This document shows, one piece after another, positions 1 through 9,225 of a stretch of DNA of 64,000 bases. Made by a program: the position numbers and the translations under genes. Under the pieces are notes generated by a model. That model ran no database searches and was not told the DNA's origin. It saw only the letters and a list, made by a program, of their open reading frames with translations. The DNA is from an uncultured Acidobacteriota bacterium. GTDB lineage: Bacteria; Acidobacteriota; Vicinamibacteria; Vicinamibacterales; Fen-181. The DNA is taken from positions 2,056,205 to 2,120,204 of the forward strand of contig CAVUJA010000001.1 of assembly GCA_963741715.1 (NCBI GenBank). Direction: 5' to 3'. Numbering within the stretch: the first letter of the stretch is position 1; each line of letters opens with the position of its first letter.

Positions 1-3000
1 GCCGCTATCCTTCCGACGAGTTCGCCGAACTGCGGCCCCGGCTCACCTGGGACCGGATTGGCGGCACCCTCGCGCCCAGGCAGGGCGCCGGTCGCGTGGC
101 CATCGTCAACGGGGGCACGATCCCGGACCGCGGGCTCTACGGCGTGTTCCTCGCGGGCGCAGGCAAGGGCGCCGCGCGCGTCGGCGAACTCGACGAGGAG
201 ATGGTGTTCGAATCGCGGGCCGGGGAGACGTTCGTGCTCGGCGCCTCGACGTGGCGGATCGAAGACATCACGCACGACAGGGTCGTCGTCTCTCCCGCGC
301 CCGGGGAGCCGGGGAAGATGCCGTTCTGGCACGGCGACCGGCCCGGCCGGCCGCTCGAACTCGGTCTCGCCATCGGCCGGCTGATCCGCGAACTGCGGAG
401 CCTGCCCCGTTCGGCGGCGATTGCGCGCCTGATCAAGGAGCACGACCTCGATCGCCGCGCGGCCGAGAACCTGCTCCTCTATCTCGGCGACCAGGAGCGC
501 GCCACGCAGGCGGTCCCGGACGACCGCACGCTGGTGATCGAACGCTACCGCGACGAGCTCGGCGACTGGCGCGTCTGCGTGCTCGCGCCCTTGGGGGGGC
601 AGGTGCTCGCGCCGTGGGCGATGGCCGCGGAAGCACGCGTCCGCGAGCACCGCGCCATCGACGTCGAGACCATGTGGTCGGACGATGGGTTCGTGGTGCG
701 GTTCCCGGACACCGACGAGCCGCCCGACGCGGCGCTGCTGCTGCCGCCGCCGGACGAGGCCGAACGGCTCCTGCTCCACCAGCTCGGCGGCACGGCGATG
801 TTCGCCGCGAGGTTCCGCGAGGTGGCCGCGCGCGCGCTGCTCCTACCCCGGCGGCGCCCGGGCGCGCGCACGCCGCTCTGGCAGCAGCGCAAACGCGCCT
901 CGGACCTGCTCGCGGTGGCCGCCCGCTTCGGCTCCTTCCCGGCGCTGCTCGAAACGTATCGCGAGTGCCTGCGGGACCAGTTCGACGTTCCGGCCCTGCT
1001 CGACGTCCTGGGGCGCGTCGCCTCGCGCGCGATCCGCGTCGCGACGGTCGATACGGAGAAGCCGTCGCCGTTCGCCTCGTCGCTCCTGTTCGCCTACACG
1101 GCCAACTTCATCTACGACGGCGACGCGCCGCTCGCCGAACGGCGGGCGCAGGCGCTGCTGGTGGACCAGTCGCAGCTGAGAGACTTGCTGGGAGACATCG
1201 AGCTGCGCGAGCTGCTCGACCCGGCAGTCATCGAAGACGTCGAGGCACAACTGCAGCACACCGACGCCAGGTACCGGGCCAGGAGCGCCGACGCCCTCCA
1301 CGATCTGCTGCTCCGCGTCGGCGACCTGTCGCGCGACGAGGTGGCGGCGCGAACCGCCAGCGACGCGGTTGCGCGGTCGATTCGCGCGCTCGTGCGCGAC
1401 CGCCGGGCAATCGAACTTCGCGTGGCCGGACACTCGCGGTACGTCGCCGCCGAAGACGCGGCCCGCTACCGCGACGCCCTGGGTGCGCCGCTCCCGCTCG
1501 GCCTGCCGGGCGCCCTGCTCGAACCGGTGGCCGATCCCCTGGGCGACCTCGTGCTCCGCTTCGCACGAACGCACGCGCCGTTCACGCCGCAGGCGGTCGC
1601 GACCCGGCTCGGCGTCTCGGCCGGCACCGTCGACGGCGCGCTCGCCCGCCTCGCCGCGCGCGGGCGAGCCGTCCAGGGCACGTTCACGCCGGGCAGGATC
1701 GGCCGCGAGTGGTGCGAGACCGAGGTGCTGCGAACCATCCGCCAGCGCTCGCTCGCAAGGCTGCGCCACCAGGTGGAGCCGGTCAGCGCGGCGGCGCTCG
1801 GCCGGCTGATGACGACGTGGCACGGCCTGCTGACGCGGCGGCACGGCCCCGATGCCCTGCTGGACGTCGTCGAACAGCTCCAGGGCGCGCCGATCGTCGC
1901 ATCGCTGCTCGAACGCGAGATCCTGCCCGCGCGGATCGAAGGATACCGCGCGGCCGACCTCGACTTGTTGAGCGGCGCGGGCGAGGTGGTCTGGGTGGGC
2001 GTCGGTGCGCTCGGCGAGCGCGACGGACGCGTCGCGCTCTACCTCACTGATCACCTGGCCGGCTTGCTGCCGCCGTCCGCCGACGCGGCCGGCGAACTCG
2101 ACGACCGGGCTCGGGCAATCGTCGCGCACCTGCAGCGCGAAGGCGCCTCGTTCTTCCCCGCCGTTCACGCCGCCGCCGGCGGAGGCTACCCGGGTGAAAC
2201 CGTGAGCGCGCTGTGGGACCTGGCGTGGCAGGGGATCGTCACCAACGACACCTTCCATGCGCTGCGCGCGTTCACCCAGCCGCCGGCGCGCCGGCGCCGG
2301 CGCGATCCCGAACGCGCCTTCCGTTCTCGGCGGCTCACGCCGCCAACGGCGGAGGGCCGTTGGAGCCTGGTCGCGGCGCGCGCCGCGGGCCGGCCCGGCG
2401 CCACCGGCTGGGCTGCGGCTGCCGCGCAGCAGTTGCTGAACCGCCATGGGGTCCTCACGCGAGAAGCCGTCGCGGTCGAGGGCCTGCCCGGGGGCTTCAG
2501 CGCCATCTACGACGTCTTGAAGGCGATGGAAGATGCCGGCCGGATCCGCCGCGGCTACTTCGTCGGGGGCCTCGCGGCCACCCAGTTCGCGCTGCCGGCG
2601 GCCGTCGATCTGCTTCGCTCGGTTCGCGACGAGCCCGAGTCGCCGCAGGCCGTGTGCCTCGCGGCCACCGATCCGGCGAATCCCTACGGCGCGATTCTCA
2701 AATGGCCGCAGGCCCTTTCGGGCGAGGGCCCGCGTGACCGCCGCGGGCCGACGCGTTCGGCCGGCGCCGGCGTGATCCTCGTGAATGGCGAGTTGGCGGC
2801 GTACGTCGGGCGAGCCGATCGGCAGTTCCTGACATTCCTGCCCGAAGACGAGCCGGCCCGCAGCACGTTCGCGCGCGAGGTGGCCGGCACGTTGTTCACG
2901 CTGGCGACATCCGAGGGCGACCGCGGGGGCATGCTGATCGGTGAGATCGACGGCGTGGACGCGGCACGTCACCCTCTGGCGCCGTTCCTGGTGGATGCGG

Positions 3001-3047
3001 GCTTCGTCCGCCGGGCGACCGGGTTCCAGGCGGCCCCGCCACGGTAG
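1..3047 (+). CDS. lhr: ATP-dependent helicase Lhr, C-terminal part (5' end lies outside the window)
   Basis: The reading frame is open from base 3 (RYPSDEFAELRPRLTWDR...GGTIPDRGLYGVF), so the track's start at 96 is an internal GTG. This is the long Lhr-type C-terminal region. It is followed by nei, as in the known lhr-nei operons. Confidence 0.85.
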   Translation, partial: RYPSDEFAELRPRLTWDRIGGTLAPRQGAGRVAIVNGGTIPDRGLYGVFLAGAGKGAARVGELDEEMVFESRAGETFVLGASTWRIEDITHDRVVVSPAPGEPGKMPFWHGDRPGRPLELGLAIGRLIRELRSLPRSAAIARLIKEHDLDRRAAENLLLYLGDQERATQAVPDDRTLVIERYRDELGDWRVCVLAPLGGQVLAPWAMAAEARVREHRAIDVETMWSDDGFVVRFPDTDEPPDAALLLPPPDEAERLLLHQLGGTAMFAARFREVAARALLLPRRRPGARTPLWQQRKRASDLLAVAARFGSFPALLETYRECLRDQFDVPALLDVLGRVASRAIRVATVDTEKPSPFASSLLFAYTANFIYDGDAPLAERRAQALLVDQSQLRDLLGDIELRELLDPAVIEDVEAQLQHTDARYRARSADALHDLLLRVGDLSRDEVAARTASDAVARSIRALVRDRRAIELRVAGHSRYVAAEDAARYRDALGAPLPLGLPGALLEPVADPLGDLVLRFARTHAPFTPQAVATRLGVSAGTVDGALARLAARGRAVQGTFTPGRIGREWCETEVLRTIRQRSLARLRHQVEPVSAAALGRLMTTWHGLLTRRHGPDALLDVVEQLQGAPIVASLLEREILPARIEGYRAADLDLLSGAGEVVWVGVGALGERDGRVALYLTDHLAGLLPPSADAAGELDDRARAIVAHLQREGASFFPAVHAAAGGGYPGETVSALWDLAWQGIVTNDTFHALRAFTQPPARRRRRDPERAFRSRRLTPPTAEGRWSLVAARAAGRPGATGWAAAAAQQLLNRHGVLTREAVAVEGLPGGFSAIYDVLKAMEDAGRIRRGYFVGGLAATQFALPAAVDLLRSVRDEPESPQAVCLAATDPANPYGAILKWPQALSGEGPRDRRGPTRSAGAGVILVNGELAAYVGRADRQFLTFLPEDEPARSTFAREVAGTLFTLATSEGDRGGMLIGEIDGVDAARHPLAPFLVDAGFVRRATGFQAAPPR

Positions 3048-3085
3048 CGAGCTGGTGAATGGGCAACCCGCGTCTGCCGCGCCGT

Positions 3086-3139
3086 TTGCGCATTGTGCAT
3101 TGTGCATTGTGCGTTGTGCATTGTGCGTTGTGCGTTGAC
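3086..3139. repeat. 7-bp tandem array (CATTGTG/CGTTGTG, about 7 units)
   Basis: Direct reading gives cattgtg cattgtg cattgtg cgttgtg cattgtg cgttgtg cgttgac. It lies between the lhr stop and the nei start. Confidence 0.9.
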
Positions 3140-3162
3140 CTGCTCTTCTACACTCGTTGGCC

Positions 3163-3990
3163 ATGCCAGAAGGTGACACGATCTTCCGCGCGGCTCGCAC
3201 GCTGCATCTCGCCCTGGCCGGACGGGCGGTCACGCGGTTCGAGACCGTGCTCCCGTCGCTTCAGCGGGTGCACGACGACCGGCCGATCACCGGTCGGACG
3301 GTGAACGCGGTGCGCGCGGTCGGCAAGCACCTGCTGATGGCGTTCTCGGGCGGGCTCGTCCTGCGCACTCACATGCGGATGAACGGCAGCTGGCACGTCT
3401 ACCGGCCGGCCGAGCGCTGGCAGCGCGGCCGCGCGGCGATGCGCATCGTCGTCGGCAACGCCGAATACGTGGCGGTGGCGTTCGACGTGCCGGTGGCGGA
3501 GTTCGTGGCGGCCCGGGAACTGGGGCGTCATTCGGAGTTGTCGGCGCTCGGGCCCGATCTGCTGGCGGAGGATTTCGACGCCGGGGAGGCCGTCGCCCGG
3601 ATGCGCGCGCGGCCGGCCGCGGCGATCGCCGACGCGCTCCTCGACCAGCGCATCGCGGCAGGCGTCGGCAATGTCTTCAAGTCGGAGGTGTTGTTCGTCT
3701 GCGGCGTGGATCCGTTCCGGCTCGTGTCCACGCTCTCGGACGGGGACCTCAGGCGGGTGATCGACGCGAGCCGCCAGCTGCTGAAGGCGAACGTGATCGA
3801 CGCCGCGCGGTCCGGGGCGCCCGGGTGGGGCGGCGCCCGCACGACCACGCGGCGGATGAATCCGGCGGCGAGGCTGTGGGTCTACGGACGCGCCGGGCGG
3901 CCGTGCCGGCGCTGCGGGACGCCAGTCAGCTGCCGCAAGCAGGGCGCGAACGCGCGCGGCACCTATTGGTGCCCGACGTGCCAGAAGTAA
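3163..3990 (+). CDS. nei: Fpg/Nei family DNA glycosylase (endonuclease VIII-like)
   Basis: The ATG at 3163 gives an N-terminal MPEGDT, with the catalytic Pro2 required by the family. The track start at 3157 is a TTG. The C-terminus carries a zinc finger, CRRCGTPV...YWCPTCQK. Confidence 0.9.
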   Translation: MPEGDTIFRAARTLHLALAGRAVTRFETVLPSLQRVHDDRPITGRTVNAVRAVGKHLLMAFSGGLVLRTHMRMNGSWHVYRPAERWQRGRAAMRIVVGNAEYVAVAFDVPVAEFVAARELGRHSELSALGPDLLAEDFDAGEAVARMRARPAAAIADALLDQRIAAGVGNVFKSEVLFVCGVDPFRLVSTLSDGDLRRVIDASRQLLKANVIDAARSGAPGWGGARTTTRRMNPAARLWVYGRAGRPCRRCGTPVSCRKQGANARGTYWCPTCQK

Positions 3991-4023
3991 GGACGGACGG
4001 GCATCCTGTGCCGGCATCGTGCC

Positions 4024-4079
4024 GTGTGTGCATTCTGCATTCTGCATTCTGCATTTTGCATTTTGCATTCTGCATTGAC
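4024..4079. repeat. 7-bp tandem array (CATTCTG/CATTTTG, about 7 units)
   Basis: Direct reading gives cattctg x3, cattttg x2, cattctg, cattgac. It lies just downstream of the nei stop. Confidence 0.9.
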
Positions 4080-4135
4080 CCTCCGTAAGCTGACCCTCCG
4101 TAAGCTGACACTCCGCGAGCTGACACTTGACGCAA
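4076..4135. repeat. 15-bp tandem repeat (TGACCCTCCGTAAGC, about 4 units, decaying)
   Basis: The units read tgaccctccgtaagc, tgaccctccgtaagc, tgacactccgcgagc, tgacacttgacgcaa. It is contiguous with the preceding heptamer array. Confidence 0.85.
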
Positions 4136-4164
4136 GTCCGCCTTCCCTGAGATACTCCACTTCG

Positions 4165-4254
4165 ATGTTGACGATCCGCACCACCGCGATGCCGATGCCG
4201 ATGCCCATGTCGATGGGCATGGGGGTCGGCGTGGTGCGTGCGATCGACGGCTAG
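4165..4254 (+). CDS. candidate Met-rich leader peptide (29 aa, MLTIRTTAMPMPMPMSMGMGVGVVRAIDG)
   Basis: There are six ATG codons within codons 9-19, which is very unusual in a GC-rich genome. An intrinsic terminator follows, and the unit lies upstream of hom-metY. No clear SD is visible. Confidence 0.45.
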   Translation: MLTIRTTAMPMPMPMSMGMGVGVVRAIDG

Positions 4255-4281
4255 TCCAGCTGCAAGCGATCGACACCAGCA

Positions 4282-4322
4282 CCCGCCGACCTGGGACGCC
4301 AGACGGCGGGTTTTGTTTTTTT
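4282..4322 (+). terminator. intrinsic terminator (attenuator 1)
   Basis: The hairpin cccgccgacctgg-gacg-ccagacggcggg is followed by ttttgttttttt. Confidence 0.75.
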
Positions 4323-4333
4323 GTGCGCCCATC

Positions 4334-4501
4334 ATGAACGACACCTTCGACGCCGCCATCGTTGAACGGAACGCCGCCAGCATCCCGCCGGCGTCGTCGA
4401 CCTCCGCCCGCGCGCGCACCACCGTCGCGACCGCGACGACCATGACCGTGCGCATGTGGACCATGTCCACGATGCGCATGCAGCCCAACGAGAGCGGGTG
4501 A
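4334..4501 (+). CDS. candidate Thr/Met-rich leader peptide (55 aa, ...RTTVATATTMTVRMWTMSTMRMQPNESG)
   Basis: There are 8 Thr and 5 Met codons in a 23-codon stretch near the C-terminus. A second terminator lies 31 nt downstream and the hom start is at 4601. No clear SD is visible. Confidence 0.35.
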   Translation: MNDTFDAAIVERNAASIPPASSTSARARTTVATATTMTVRMWTMSTMRMQPNESG

Positions 4502-4532
4502 TCCGGCAGCATTCCCGAGAGATTTCGACGGG

Positions 4533-4575
4533 GCCGTCATCCGCAAGAGGTTGCGGGTGGCGGCTTTTTTCGTTT
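4533..4575 (+). terminator. intrinsic terminator (attenuator 2) immediately upstream of hom
   Basis: A 14-bp stem, gccgtcatccgcaa-gagg-ttgcgggtggcggc with 2 G-U pairs, is followed by ttttttcgttt. It lies 26 nt before the hom SD and ATG. Confidence 0.75.
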
Positions 4576-4600
4576 GGCGAGACCAACGGGGAGAAGGCAG

Positions 4601-5638
4601 ATGTCGCTGCGAATCGGATTGGTGGGCTTCGGCACGGTCGGACAATCGGTGGCGAGGCTGCTGCTCCACGGCGGCGATCGGCGCCTGCGCCTCGTCAGGG
4701 TGTGCGGACGCCCTGGCGGCCGGGAGCGGCCTGCCTGGCTGCCCGCGTCCGTCGCCTGGACCACGCGTTTCGACGATCTCGTCGCCCGCGACATCGACGC
4801 CGTGGTCGAGCTGGTCGGCGGCGTGCAACCCGCACGGCAGTGGCTGCACAGGGCGCTGCTCGGCGGGAAATCGGTGGTGACGGCGAACAAGCAACTGGTG
4901 GCCGAGCACGGGCCCGAACTGCTCGCGCTCGCCGCCCGCGCCGGTGGCGCGCTCCGCTACGAAGGCGCCGTTGCCGGCGGCATCCCGGTCATCCGCGCGA
5001 TCGAGGACGGCCTCTCCGGCGATCGCCTGGTCAGGGTCGCCGGCATTCTCAACGGCACGTGCAACTACATCCTCACCCGCATCGAACAGCAGGGCCTGCC
5101 CTTTGCCGACGCGCTGCGCGAGGCCCAGACGCTGGGGTATGCGGAGGCGGACCCATCCGCAGACGTCGAGGGCTTCGACGCGCGGGCGAAGCTCTCGATT
5201 CTCTGCCAGGCCGCTTTCGGCATCCGCGTGCGCCCTTCGCAGGTAGAATGCGCATCGATCGCCTCCATCGCACACGAAGACTTCGCCGAGGCGCGGCAGC
5301 AGGGCTGCACGATTCGCCAGGTCTCGCGCGCGGCGCGCGTCGGGGCATCGCTGTCCGAGGTCGTGGCGTCGGTTCGCCCCGCGCTGGTGCCCCTCGACAG
5401 CCCGTTCGCGAAGGCGAGCGGATGCCAGAACGTCGTCTCGGTGCACGGCGAATTCGGCGGCGAGACGCTGTTCGCCGGCCAGGGCGCCGGCGGCGACGCG
5501 ACGGCGGTGGCGGTGGCTTCGGACCTGCTGGCCGTCGCCGCGAGAAGGAGCCAGGTTCCGTTGCCGCGCCCGATCGCGGTGACTGCCAATCCTGGGAGGC
5601 GAGGGCTGGCGGTCGCCTCACAAGTTGCGGGATTCTGA
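4601..5638 (+). CDS. hom: homoserine dehydrogenase
   Basis: The protein starts [15 protein letters not shown] (NAD-binding fold) and carries [11 protein letters not shown] and [21 protein letters not shown] motifs. An SD, ggggagaagg, lies upstream of the ATG at 4601. Confidence 0.9.
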   Translation: MSLRIGLVGFGTVGQSVARLLLHGGDRRLRLVRVCGRPGGRERPAWLPASVAWTTRFDDLVARDIDAVVELVGGVQPARQWLHRALLGGKSVVTANKQLVAEHGPELLALAARAGGALRYEGAVAGGIPVIRAIEDGLSGDRLVRVAGILNGTCNYILTRIEQQGLPFADALREAQTLGYAEADPSADVEGFDARAKLSILCQAAFGIRVRPSQVECASIASIAHEDFAEARQQGCTIRQVSRAARVGASLSEVVASVRPALVPLDSPFAKASGCQNVVSVHGEFGGETLFAGQGAGGDATAVAVASDLLAVAARRSQVPLPRPIAVTANPGRRGLAVASQVAGF

Positions 5639-5702
5639 CGCCCGCGTCGATCAACCTCGACCCGGAATGGGGCTCGGCCCCTTTCACAGGAAGGACAACG
5701 AC

Positions 5703-7019
5703 ATGTCGAACGAGCACGCCTACCGTCCCGCCACCATCGCCCTGCACGGAGGGCACCAGCCCGACTCGTCGAGCCGGGCGAGGGCCGTGCCGATCTACCA
5801 GACCACGTCGTACGTCTTCGACTCGGCCGACCACGCCGCCGACGTCTTCGCGCTGAAGACGCCCGGCAACATCTACACCCGCATCACGAATCCGACCACG
5901 GCGGTGCTCGAGGAACGCCTGGCGCAGCTGGATGGGGGCGTGGGCGCGCTGGCGCTCGCGTCGGGCCAGGCGGCCATCACGCTGGCCGTGCTCAACCTGA
6001 CGAGCGCGGGCCAGAACTTCGTCTCCACCCGGTCGCTCTACGGCGGCACCTACAACCTGTTCCGGCACACGCTGGCACGGTTCGGAATCGAAGCGAGGTT
6101 CGTGGACTCCTCCAACGTCGATGAGGTCGAAGCGGCGATCGACGGGAATACGCGGCTCGTGTACACGGAGTCGATTGGCAACCCGAAGAACAACGTCGAC
6201 GACTTCGACGCGATCGCCGCGGCGGCCCATCGGCACGGCCTGCCGTTCGTCGTCGACAACACCGTCTCGCCGTTCATCTTCCGCCCCTTCGACCACGGCG
6301 CCGACGTCATCGTCTACTCGCTGACGAAGTTCGTCGGCGGGCACGGCACGTCGATTGGCGGCGCGATCGTCGACTCCGGCCGGTTCGGCTGGGACAACGG
6401 CCGGTTCCCCGAGTTCACCGAGCCCGACCCGTCCTACCACGGCCTCGTCTTCGCCAGCCTTCCCGCGCCGTACATCACCAAGGCACGCGTCCAGCTGCTG
6501 CGCGACCTCGGCCCGTGCCTGTCGCCGTTCAACGCCTTCCTGTTCGTCCAGGGGCTCGAGACGCTGCCGCTGCGCATCAACGCACACTGCCTCAACGCCC
6601 TCGCCGTGGCCGAGTGGCTGGGCGCCAACCCGCACGTCGCCTGGGTCAACTACCCGCTGCTCCCCGGGCACCCCGACTACGAGCGTGCGAAGCGGTACTT
6701 CCCGAAGGGCGCGGGCGCGATCGTCGGATTCGGCATCCGCGGCGGTCTCGAAGCGGGCAAGCGGGTCATCGACGGTGTCCGGCTGTTCAGCCACCTGGCG
6801 AACATCGGCGACGCGAAGAGCCTGATCATCCACCCCGCCTCCACGACGCACCAGCAGCTGTCGGCGGAGGAACGGGTGGCGAGCGGCGTCACCGACGACT
6901 TCATCCGCCTGTCGATCGGCACGGAGGACATCGCCGACATCATCGAGGACCTGGAGCAGGCGATCGTCGCGTCGCAGCAGCAGACAGGCTCGCACAAGCC
7001 GCTGCTCCTGGTGGGCTGA
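5703..7019 (+). CDS. metY: O-acetylhomoserine sulfhydrylase (Cys/Met PLP-dependent family)
   Basis: The start region [17 protein letters not shown]...[10 protein letters not shown]...NPT matches the family. [10 protein letters not shown] contains the PLP-binding lysine region. Confidence 0.9.
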   Translation: MSNEHAYRPATIALHGGHQPDSSSRARAVPIYQTTSYVFDSADHAADVFALKTPGNIYTRITNPTTAVLEERLAQLDGGVGALALASGQAAITLAVLNLTSAGQNFVSTRSLYGGTYNLFRHTLARFGIEARFVDSSNVDEVEAAIDGNTRLVYTESIGNPKNNVDDFDAIAAAAHRHGLPFVVDNTVSPFIFRPFDHGADVIVYSLTKFVGGHGTSIGGAIVDSGRFGWDNGRFPEFTEPDPSYHGLVFASLPAPYITKARVQLLRDLGPCLSPFNAFLFVQGLETLPLRINAHCLNALAVAEWLGANPHVAWVNYPLLPGHPDYERAKRYFPKGAGAIVGFGIRGGLEAGKRVIDGVRLFSHLANIGDAKSLIIHPASTTHQQLSAEERVASGVTDDFIRLSIGTEDIADIIEDLEQAIVASQQQTGSHKPLLLVG

Positions 7020-7577
7020 CGGCCAGGCTTGGCCCTGCGCTCCGTGCGCTCCTCGGGATCGATGCCATCCGCATGAGCCGTTCGACGGTTTCAACCACGA
7101 GCCCACAGAGGCTGTCACGCGCGACGGCATCGCGGCTCGGCCACCGGCTCCCACGCCCCCGGTGGGCGAGCCGGGAGGGGCGGCGGGGCGGCGCCGGCAC
7201 GACAAGCACGGGCGCGGGAGGCTTCTCGTGGCGGCGCGGCCCCGCCGCCCCTCGCGCCACGGGCTTCGCCCGCGGCGCCGATGCCCGCGGTCACCGGATC
7301 TCTCACGGGCGACGGGTGCCGATCTGCCCTTGTGGGCTCTGTGAGCTCGGTGGTTCCTCCCGCATTCCATCCGCCCGAGAATGTGCACAATCCTGAGCCT
7401 GCGCTCACTTGCGTTGAGTCGGGGCTCTCGGTCCGTCGCGACGCTGCGAGTGGCGGGTGGCCGGGCTGGCCGCATCTGCCCCTCGACGGCGCTCGGGGCA
7501 CGGTGAGCCTTGCCGAACCGTGGCGACCGCGCGGGCCGACGCGTCCCGCGGCCGAGCGCGGAGCGTCTGAGCGCGCA

Positions 7578-8042
7578 CTACTTGACCGTGAGGGTGCCCT
7601 TCATGCCGACGTTGAAGTGGCCAGGGAAGGTGCAGATGAACATGTAGTCGCCCCGCTGCGCGGGCGCGGTGAAGGTGACCTCCGCGGTTTCACCGGGACC
7701 AACCAGCTTCGTGTAGGCGAGAAGCAGCGGCTGGACGGCGGGCGCCAGGAAGTCCGTGTCGCGCGCCGACGCCGACTTGTCGACGACGGTCTTCGCGTCC
7801 GAGGCCTTCTTCAGCAGGACGAAGTTGTGGCCCATCGCCACCTTGGGCATGTTGCCGACGTCCTCGAGTACCACCTTGATCGACTCGCCCGGAGTTGCGG
7901 CGATCGCGGCGGGGGCGAACCTCATGTTGTCGCCGACCTGGATCTCGATCACCCGCGGCGCGGCCGCCGCCGGTGCGACCGGCACGACCGCGAACGACAG
8001 CAGCACGACGCACAGACTCGCAATTGCGCGCACACGTCCCTC
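7578..8042 (-). CDS. azurin-like blue copper protein (cupredoxin) with signal peptide
   Basis: The copper-ligand pattern MGHNFVL ... CTFPGH...M(KG) is present. A GTG start at 8042 is preceded by a GGAGG SD. The longer track ORF is upstream read-through. Confidence 0.8.
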   Translation of the reverse strand, partial: EGRVRAIASLCVVLLSFAVVPVAPAAAAPRVIEIQVGDNMRFAPAAIAATPGESIKVVLEDVGNMPKVAMGHNFVLLKKASDAKTVVDKSASARDTDFLAPAVQPLLLAYTKLVGPGETAEVTFTAPAQRGDYMFICTFPGHFNVGMKGTLTVK

Positions 8043-8124
8043 CGCTCTGAAGCAACCTGGTACCCACAGTGGACGAGCCCCTCCTCCACGGTAACCAATC
8101 ACCTCTGCCGGCGCAACCGCCGGT

Positions 8125-9057
8125 TCAGCCGGCGAACACGCTCTCGAGGACGAAGAGGACGTTCGCGGGCCGCTCGGCCAGCCGCCGCATGTACCACGGG
8201 AACCAGAACTCGCCGTAACTGACCAGCACCCGCAGCGGCGCGTGCTGGGCGGCGAGCCGGGCCTGGAGCGATCGCCGGATCCCGTAGAGCATTTCGAACT
8301 CGCACCCGATCGTGTTCGAGACGCGGCGGGCAAGGGCCGTGCGAATGCGGGTGATCAGCCGCTCGTCGTGCGTGCCCACCGCGAGGAACGCGCCCGCCGG
8401 CACACCCGGCCGCAGCATGCGCAGCGCGAGCTGGTGATAGTTCTCGTCCACGTCGGCCTTGCGGGGAAATGCGAGTTCGGGCGGCTCGCGGTAGGCGCCC
8501 TTGACCAGGCGGATGGCCGGAGCCAGCGGCAGCAGCGCCTCGAGGTCGTTCCGGGTGCGCCGGAGGTAGGCCTGCAGGCAGACGCCGACCCTGGTCGATC
8601 CGGCGCGCGCGCGGCGAAACAGCTCCAGCGTCGCGTCGACGTACTTGGTGCCCTCCATGTCGATCCACACCATGTTGCCGTGCGACTCGGCGCGGGCGAC
8701 GAGCAGGGCCAAGTTGCGGCCGCAGGCGTCGAGGCCGAGATCCAGGCCAAGTTGCGTGAGCTTCACCGACACCTGCGCGTCGAGCCGCATCGTCGCGATG
8801 CGGTCGATGAGTTCGAGGTAGTGTCGCGTGACCGCCTCGGCTTCCGCGAGGCTCGACAGGTTCTCGCCCAGGTGCGTGACGATGGTGCCGGCCCGGTGCT
8901 GCTCCTGCAGCTGGCGGCAGGCGTCCAGCGCCTCTTCCATGGTTTCGCCCGGCATGAAGCGGGAGGTCGATCGGCGCACGAAGGGCAGGCGTGTCGCCTT
9001 CTCGCGCAGCCAGACGCTCTCGGCCCCGGCAAGCAGGGCGCTCCTCATGATTGACAT
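8125..9057 (-). CDS. proline dehydrogenase (monofunctional PRODH family)
   Basis: Family-like stretches include VSVKLTQLGLD, VWIDMEGTKYVD, RLVKGAY and FEMLYGIR. The start is taken at MSIMRSALL (ATG at 9057). Confidence 0.75.
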   Translation of the reverse strand: MSIMRSALLAGAESVWLREKATRLPFVRRSTSRFMPGETMEEALDACRQLQEQHRAGTIVTHLGENLSSLAEAEAVTRHYLELIDRIATMRLDAQVSVKLTQLGLDLGLDACGRNLALLVARAESHGNMVWIDMEGTKYVDATLELFRRARAGSTRVGVCLQAYLRRTRNDLEALLPLAPAIRLVKGAYREPPELAFPRKADVDENYHQLALRMLRPGVPAGAFLAVGTHDERLITRIRTALARRVSNTIGCEFEMLYGIRRSLQARLAAQHAPLRVLVSYGEFWFPWYMRRLAERPANVLFVLESVFAG

Positions 9058-9225
9058 CGCGTGGGCACCCCTCCACCATCTTAACAAGCCGCCGGCGTTC
9101 GGCTCGCCAATGACGAGCTTTGAGGCCGCTGCGGTGGCTGTTATGCTCGAAGAAAGGGTTGCCCGCAACGACCACGAATCGGTCCGGTCTGTGTTGCACG
9201 AACAGGCCGCAGCTGCGCATCGAGG

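Noticed and set aside
843-3233. Very long ORFs overlapping real genes on the opposite strand or in other frames. Examples are 251-2050(+), 843-3233(-), 5073-7475(-), 14795-16264(-), 14804-16387(+), 17514-19790(-), 35436-38081(+), 42799-45372(+), 46528-48891(+) and 52848-56633(-).
   Set aside because: Their translations are Arg/Ala/Gly/Pro-rich and low in complexity, with no family motifs. They shadow genes with clear homology-type signatures. This is the typical stop-codon paucity of GC-rich DNA.
4480-4600. A SAM-type riboswitch upstream of hom-metY.
   Set aside because: I could not recognise the conserved SAM-I, SAM-II or SAM-V core sequences. The region is better explained by small ORF plus terminator units. 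An Infernal scan would settle this.
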